NCBI GenBank assembly: GCA_910584155.1
Contig: CAJTYG010000006.1
Span: 199 to 64,198 of the forward strand
DNA from: an uncultured Christensenella sp.
Lineage (GTDB): Bacteria > Bacillota > Clostridia > Christensenellales > CAG-917
Direction: 5' to 3'
Length of the DNA stretch: 64,000 nucleotides
Shown here: one piece after another, positions 60,114 to 64,000 of the stretch
Numbering within the stretch: the first letter of the stretch is position 1
Layout: each line of letters starts with the position of its first letter
Translations under genes and position numbers: made by a program
Notes under the pieces: model-generated
What the model was told of the DNA's origin: nothing
Seen by the model: only the letters and a program-made list of their open reading frames with translations
Database searches by the model: none

Positions 60114-60902
60114 ATAATAACCACAGAATTATTTAATAAAGTACAAGAAAAAGTTAACGCAAACAAATTTGGCAAACAAAGCCTTAAAACCGATTATTTG
60201 TTACGTAAAAAAATAAAATGCGGCTATTGTGGAGAGCCCATAAACGGCGAAAGCGGAACTACTAAAAATGGCACTAAATTTTATTATTACAAATGTATAG
60301 GCAGAAAAACACATAGAACGAATTGCACTAAATCTGTTATACGCAAAGACGTTTTGGAAAATTTAGTGATAGAAACAATTATCACTGTATTAAACAAATC
60401 CGATATAAAAAGTAAGATAGTTAAGGAACTGCTTAAACGTCAGGAAACACAGATGACATCTAACACAGAATTAAGCATATTAACTAAACAACAAAAGCAA
60501 GTTGAAACGGCGTTAAACAACCTTGTAACAGCCATAGAGCAAGGAATAATATCCAACTCAACCAACAAGCGATTACAAGAATTAGAGCAACGACAGGCGG
60601 AATTAGAGCGGCAAATACTAATAGAAAAAAGCAAAACCGTTGTAAAGCTTACGGAGCAAGACATACTCGCCTATTTTGAACAAGCATTACGATTAGAGCC
60701 TAAGTTGCTGATAAACTTTTTGATAAAAGAAATAGTGCTATATGATGACAAGATAGAGATATACTTCAACAGTCCTACACCGACAAGTCCGGATGAAAAT
60801 TCGGGCTTTTCTTTTTATTTCGAAACGACATCTATTATACAGAACTTGCTTTGCAAAGATAAGTCTTATATACAGGAGATTAAAGTTGCTTTATTTTTAT
60901 AA
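60114..60902 (+). pseudogene. large serine recombinase, C-terminal fragment only (zinc ribbon plus coiled coil)
   Basis: ...ELFNKVQEKV...LLRKKIKCGYCGEPINGE...FYYYKCIGRKTHRTNC... followed by a coiled coil. The N-terminal resolvase catalytic domain is absent. The frame opens only at 60105. Confidence 0.7.
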
Positions 60903-60990
60903 TGACATAAAAACTTGCATTTAATGCTATTTGGTTGATAGATTTTACATTGTGAACCTGCTCATATAAAAAATAATTGAAGGTATTAAT

Positions 60991-61590
60991 ATGAAAAAAT
61001 TTATCATCAAACAAAACAAATATCTTAAACAAGACATAATTGGATTTTACAATTGCGATTACATCGGATACCGACAACCAAATAATCCTGACTTTATCAA
61101 TCACTTAAAAAATATGTCCAACCAACTTGATGAACTTGATCTTGTAGATGATTTTATTGAAGTTATAACCCGATTCACACACGATTGCCACGAAATACTC
61201 TCAATCACTCGGAATATGATTGTCTGTGTCGTTCCGAGATCAAAAAACGAAAAAAGCTACAATCAAAGTCAACGCTTGTTTAAGAATGCTATTTCTTGCG
61301 CAGTTAATAATATGCATATAGAAAATGGTGTTGATACTATCAAAAGAGTAAGGAACTCAAAAACAACTTATAATTGGAGATTATCGAATAACACGGGCAA
61401 AATGCCTTATCCGGGAATAACCAAAGACACATGCGAAATAAACGAAAGCGCAATACGTAACAAAACCGTACTGCTTGTTGACGACATTTATACAAAAGGT
61501 GTAAATGTGGCAGAAGATTGCATACAAACGTTACTTGATTTAGGCGCAAAAGATGTTATACTTTACGTAATTGCTAAAACAAAGGAATAA
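60991..61590 (+). CDS. ComF-type phosphoribosyltransferase-fold protein
   Basis: 199 aa with PRPP-binding loop VLLVDDIYTKGVNV and ComF-like ...VVPRSKNEKSYNQSQRLFKNA.... Confidence 0.75.
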   Translation: MKKFIIKQNKYLKQDIIGFYNCDYIGYRQPNNPDFINHLKNMSNQLDELDLVDDFIEVITRFTHDCHEILSITRNMIVCVVPRSKNEKSYNQSQRLFKNAISCAVNNMHIENGVDTIKRVRNSKTTYNWRLSNNTGKMPYPGITKDTCEINESAIRNKTVLLVDDIYTKGVNVAEDCIQTLLDLGAKDVILYVIAKTKE

Positions 61591-61592
61591 CA

Positions 61593-62429
61593 ATGTACAC
61601 CCTCACCGCACTAAAAATTTATACTGCTATCTGCAATGGTATAATCAAATCCCGCTCATCCTTTTGGCGTGATTTTTCAAGCGTTGATAAAATAAACGAT
61701 TTAGATCTGGATTGTTCAAAAAGCGAACAATCAATAGTAAATGGTAGATTTAATATAACGTGCTGCTTTGATAATGACTTCCCCACTATCGACGAGAGTA
61801 TTCCACAGAATGATAGACCGTTTTTGTTCATATATAAAGGCAACTTAAATTTGCTAAATGACATTTCAAAAAATATAGCAGTCGTAGGAGTCTTAACTCC
61901 CGACGAAGACATCACCCGCCGAGAACAAAATATTGTCACTCAACTTGTCAAAAATGATATTTGCATAGTAAGTGGATTGGCAAGAGGTTGCGACAGCATT
62001 GCTCACAAAGCTTGTTTGAAAAATGGCGGAAAGACCGTTGCATTTTTGCCTTCGACGATAAATTCGATATACCCTGCCGAAAACACTTCACTTGCAGAAA
62101 GCATAGTAGAAAACGATGGACTTATAATAACCGAATATGCAACTGAGTCCACAAATTATAAAGAAAATATTGCACGGCTTATCGAGCGAGACAGGCTGCA
62201 AGCTATGTTTGCAAATTCCATCGTTTTAATCGCAAGTTATCGCAAAGGAGACGGAGATAGCGGAAGCAGACACGCTATGCTTAAAGCCAAACGCTACAAC
62301 AGAAAAAGACTCGTTATGTTCAATAAATCTACCGACGAAGGCAATCCGCTTTTCGGACTTAATGAGGACATGATAAAAGACGGGACAAAGATATTAACCC
62401 ATTCAAGCATAAAGGAATTACTTAATTGA
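61593..62429 (+). CDS. DprA/Smf-like (SLOG Rossmann) protein
   Basis: 278 aa with ...NIAVVGV..., ...SGLARGCDSIAHKACLKNGGKTVAFLPS..IYPAEN..., ...GLIITEY..., ...ERDRLQAMFANSIVLIAS.... Starts 2 nt after the PRTase stop. Confidence 0.75.
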   Translation: MYTLTALKIYTAICNGIIKSRSSFWRDFSSVDKINDLDLDCSKSEQSIVNGRFNITCCFDNDFPTIDESIPQNDRPFLFIYKGNLNLLNDISKNIAVVGVLTPDEDITRREQNIVTQLVKNDICIVSGLARGCDSIAHKACLKNGGKTVAFLPSTINSIYPAENTSLAESIVENDGLIITEYATESTNYKENIARLIERDRLQAMFANSIVLIASYRKGDGDSGSRHAMLKAKRYNRKRLVMFNKSTDEGNPLFGLNEDMIKDGTKILTHSSIKELLN

Positions 62430-62965
62430 AATATATAGTAGACTTAGATGACACGCTTGTTAATACAACTGAATTGAACAACGACGCTTACAACTACGCC
62501 TTAAAAAAATACGGATATTGTCCTATAGAAACAGATTTACGAATAACCAGAAACGATTTGCAATCATTGACAAAATTGCAAGAGATAATCAACATAAAAC
62601 AATACTATTTCTCTGAAAAATGGTTGCCGTACAGAGTTATTATTAACGATACTTTACTTGGCAAAATTAAACGACAAAACAAATCCGATTGCTATATATG
62701 GACAAAGGCTGATAAATATCGTGCGGAATTCATTTGCAAATATTGTAATCTCAACAGATATTTTAGCAAAATAATATTTGATAAAAAAACAAATATCAGT
62801 CAATCCATCTCATATTTAGGCAGTATTATGCACGATGATATGCTAATTTATGAGAATAATATGCAATTCTTTGCCAATTCCAGCTCTCAAATTGTAGATA
62901 CAATAAAAAACAAATATTTTAATATCAATGGATACTTTATCAGCAATAAAAATCAAACAACCTAA
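62426..62965 (+). CDS. HAD-superfamily hydrolase/phosphatase
   Basis: 179 aa with motif I DLDDT at residues 6-10. The TTG start overlaps the DprA-like stop (TTGA). Confidence 0.65.
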   Translation: MKYIVDLDDTLVNTTELNNDAYNYALKKYGYCPIETDLRITRNDLQSLTKLQEIINIKQYYFSEKWLPYRVIINDTLLGKIKRQNKSDCYIWTKADKYRAEFICKYCNLNRYFSKIIFDKKTNISQSISYLGSIMHDDMLIYENNMQFFANSSSQIVDTIKNKYFNINGYFISNKNQTT

Positions 62966-63001
62966 CTCAATACTAAATATGTATTCGAATTAGGTTATTA
63001 T

Positions 63002-63014
63002 TGGGTCACCAAAA
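63002..63014 (+). repeat. attR-like direct repeat TGGGTCACCAAAA (displaced tRNA-Lys 3' end)
   Basis: Identical to 57936-57948 and followed directly by a terminator hairpin. Confidence 0.7.
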
Positions 63015-63040
63015 ACACCACAAAGAGTGGTGTTTTTCTT
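63011..63040 (+). terminator. probable original tRNA-operon terminator, displaced by the island
   Basis: acaccac / gtggtgt stem with a 5-nt loop, then TTTTT. Confidence 0.65.
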
Positions 63041-63143
63041 TACATCCGGAGATTTCACAATATTTTATATTATGCCCACACCTTGTGTGACGAACTCATT
63101 TTCGGACTGCAATATAATTTAATACACGCTGACTGAATATTGT

Positions 63144-63593
63144 CTATTTGTACACTGAAATTAACGCCCCACAGTAATCTTCAAAAAATATGCCGCCAAT
63201 CTCTTTGTCTTCAAAATAATAATCAAATTTTATTTTATTGGAGTTGACCACCACGGATATAACGATACAATCGCCAAACGTACCGTAATAACTGTTTATT
63301 TTTACTTCGTCCGTAGTTATATTTGGATATTCTTTTTTGCTATTAAACTTCTTTTTAAATGCATTTTTTATGCTTTTTTGAGACTTTTCACTGAGTGCAT
63401 CAAGATTTTGGATAGCAGTTGTGCCATTCCAACCGTCGGCTATTTGCTGCAGATCTTCAACGCTAAGCCAACCTTGCTCGTATGCTTGCTCTAATGTATA
63501 GAGCTTGCCTTCATCATTATTGCAACCGTAAAGCAGACCGCCTAAGCATATCACCGACATCAATACGCATAATAATAACGCAGATTTTTTCAT
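63144..63593 (-). CDS. putative lipoprotein
   Basis: 149 aa with signal peptide and lipobox ...GGLLYGC. AT-rich. Confidence 0.55.
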   Translation of the reverse strand: MKKSALLLCVLMSVICLGGLLYGCNNDEGKLYTLEQAYEQGWLSVEDLQQIADGWNGTTAIQNLDALSEKSQKSIKNAFKKKFNSKKEYPNITTDEVKINSYYGTFGDCIVISVVVNSNKIKFDYYFEDKEIGGIFFEDYCGALISVYK

Positions 63594-63878
63594 AGCCGCA
63601 CCCTCTCAAAAATATCTTATAAATAGTATATTTTATCTATTAAGCAATGTCAATATCGATTTAGCATGCGCAGACCTTTGAGATTCAAGACATATACCAT
63701 GCTTATACTTGTCGAATTTTGTTGATTTTTTGCTACCTTTGTCGAACACGAAATTATTTGCCGAAAAGGCTTGCTATATGTCATTTAGAGTGATATTTTG
63801 TAAGTGTCTTCCAATAACTCCTTTAATGTGTAGAGAAATAGCGGCGTCAATTTGGCGTCGTTATTTCTTTTTGCACTA

Positions 63879-64000
63879 TTATTCATCGCTTTTAGCACTA
63901 CACTCTTGCAGCTTAGCAACCGCCCATCGCAAAAACTCAGCTTTCTTCATACCTGCAGCAGCAATAGCTGCACTGATGCGCTCATATTCATCGGGCAAAA
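63879..64000 (-). CDS. partial CDS; ribbon-helix-helix / MobC-like C-terminus (5' end outside the window)
   Basis: Hand translation gives ...LPDEYERISAAIAAAGMKKAEFLRWAVAKLQECSAKSDE*, resembling RHH relaxosome accessory proteins. Confidence 0.35.
   Translation of the reverse strand, partial: LPDEYERISAAIAAAGMKKAEFLRWAVAKLQECSAKSDE

Larger units (their letters stand above)
57949..63014. mobile_element. decayed genomic island of about 5.1 kb integrated at the tRNA-Lys 3' end
   Basis: 13-bp direct repeats flank the segment. It is visibly AT-rich compared with its flanks. It holds a recombinase fragment, an LRR gene fragment and a cargo operon. No intact integrase is present. Confidence 0.7.

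Overview
This is a chromosomal segment from a spore-forming Firmicute (Clostridia-like), about 50% GC by eye, with almost all genes on the minus strand. The gene order is Bacillus/Clostridium-type housekeeping synteny. Reading left to right: ispA-xseB-xseA-nusB-asp23, then a complete spoIIIAA-AH operon, efp, rny, recA, cinA, pgsA, rimO and ftsK. These are followed by an M16 peptidase and a deacetylase, pnp-rpsO, hemZ, relA, recJ, secDF, yajC, tgt-queA and ruvCAB. Next come pgi, raiA, clpC with a fused mcsA-mcsB gene, galU/galE, dinB, a Na/Pi symporter, rdgB and a five-tRNA operon. The main accessory feature is an AT-rich island of about 5.1 kb at the 3' end of tRNA-Lys (57949-63014). It is bounded by a 13-bp direct repeat of the tRNA 3' end. 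It carries decayed mobile-element debris (a 5'-truncated serine recombinase abutting a 5'-truncated BspA-type LRR gene) and an intact, tightly coupled three-gene cassette: ComF-type PRTase, DprA/SLOG-like protein and HAD phosphatase. I consider that cassette the best candidate for a poorly described nucleotide-centred defence system. Other points worth a second look are listed here:
- a roughly 340-nt ORF-free, structured region between the rpsO terminator and pnp
- tandem 16-bp GTACCG-N4-CGGTAC palindromes over the putative recA promoter
- a stand-alone FtsK gamma-domain paralog
- a degenerate, permease-less ABC ATPase in the ruv operon
- two small AT-rich insertions into conserved synteny
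- a tRNA-Gly with a non-canonical T-loop

All calls rest on reading the ORF translations and the DNA by eye. No database search or folding program was run.
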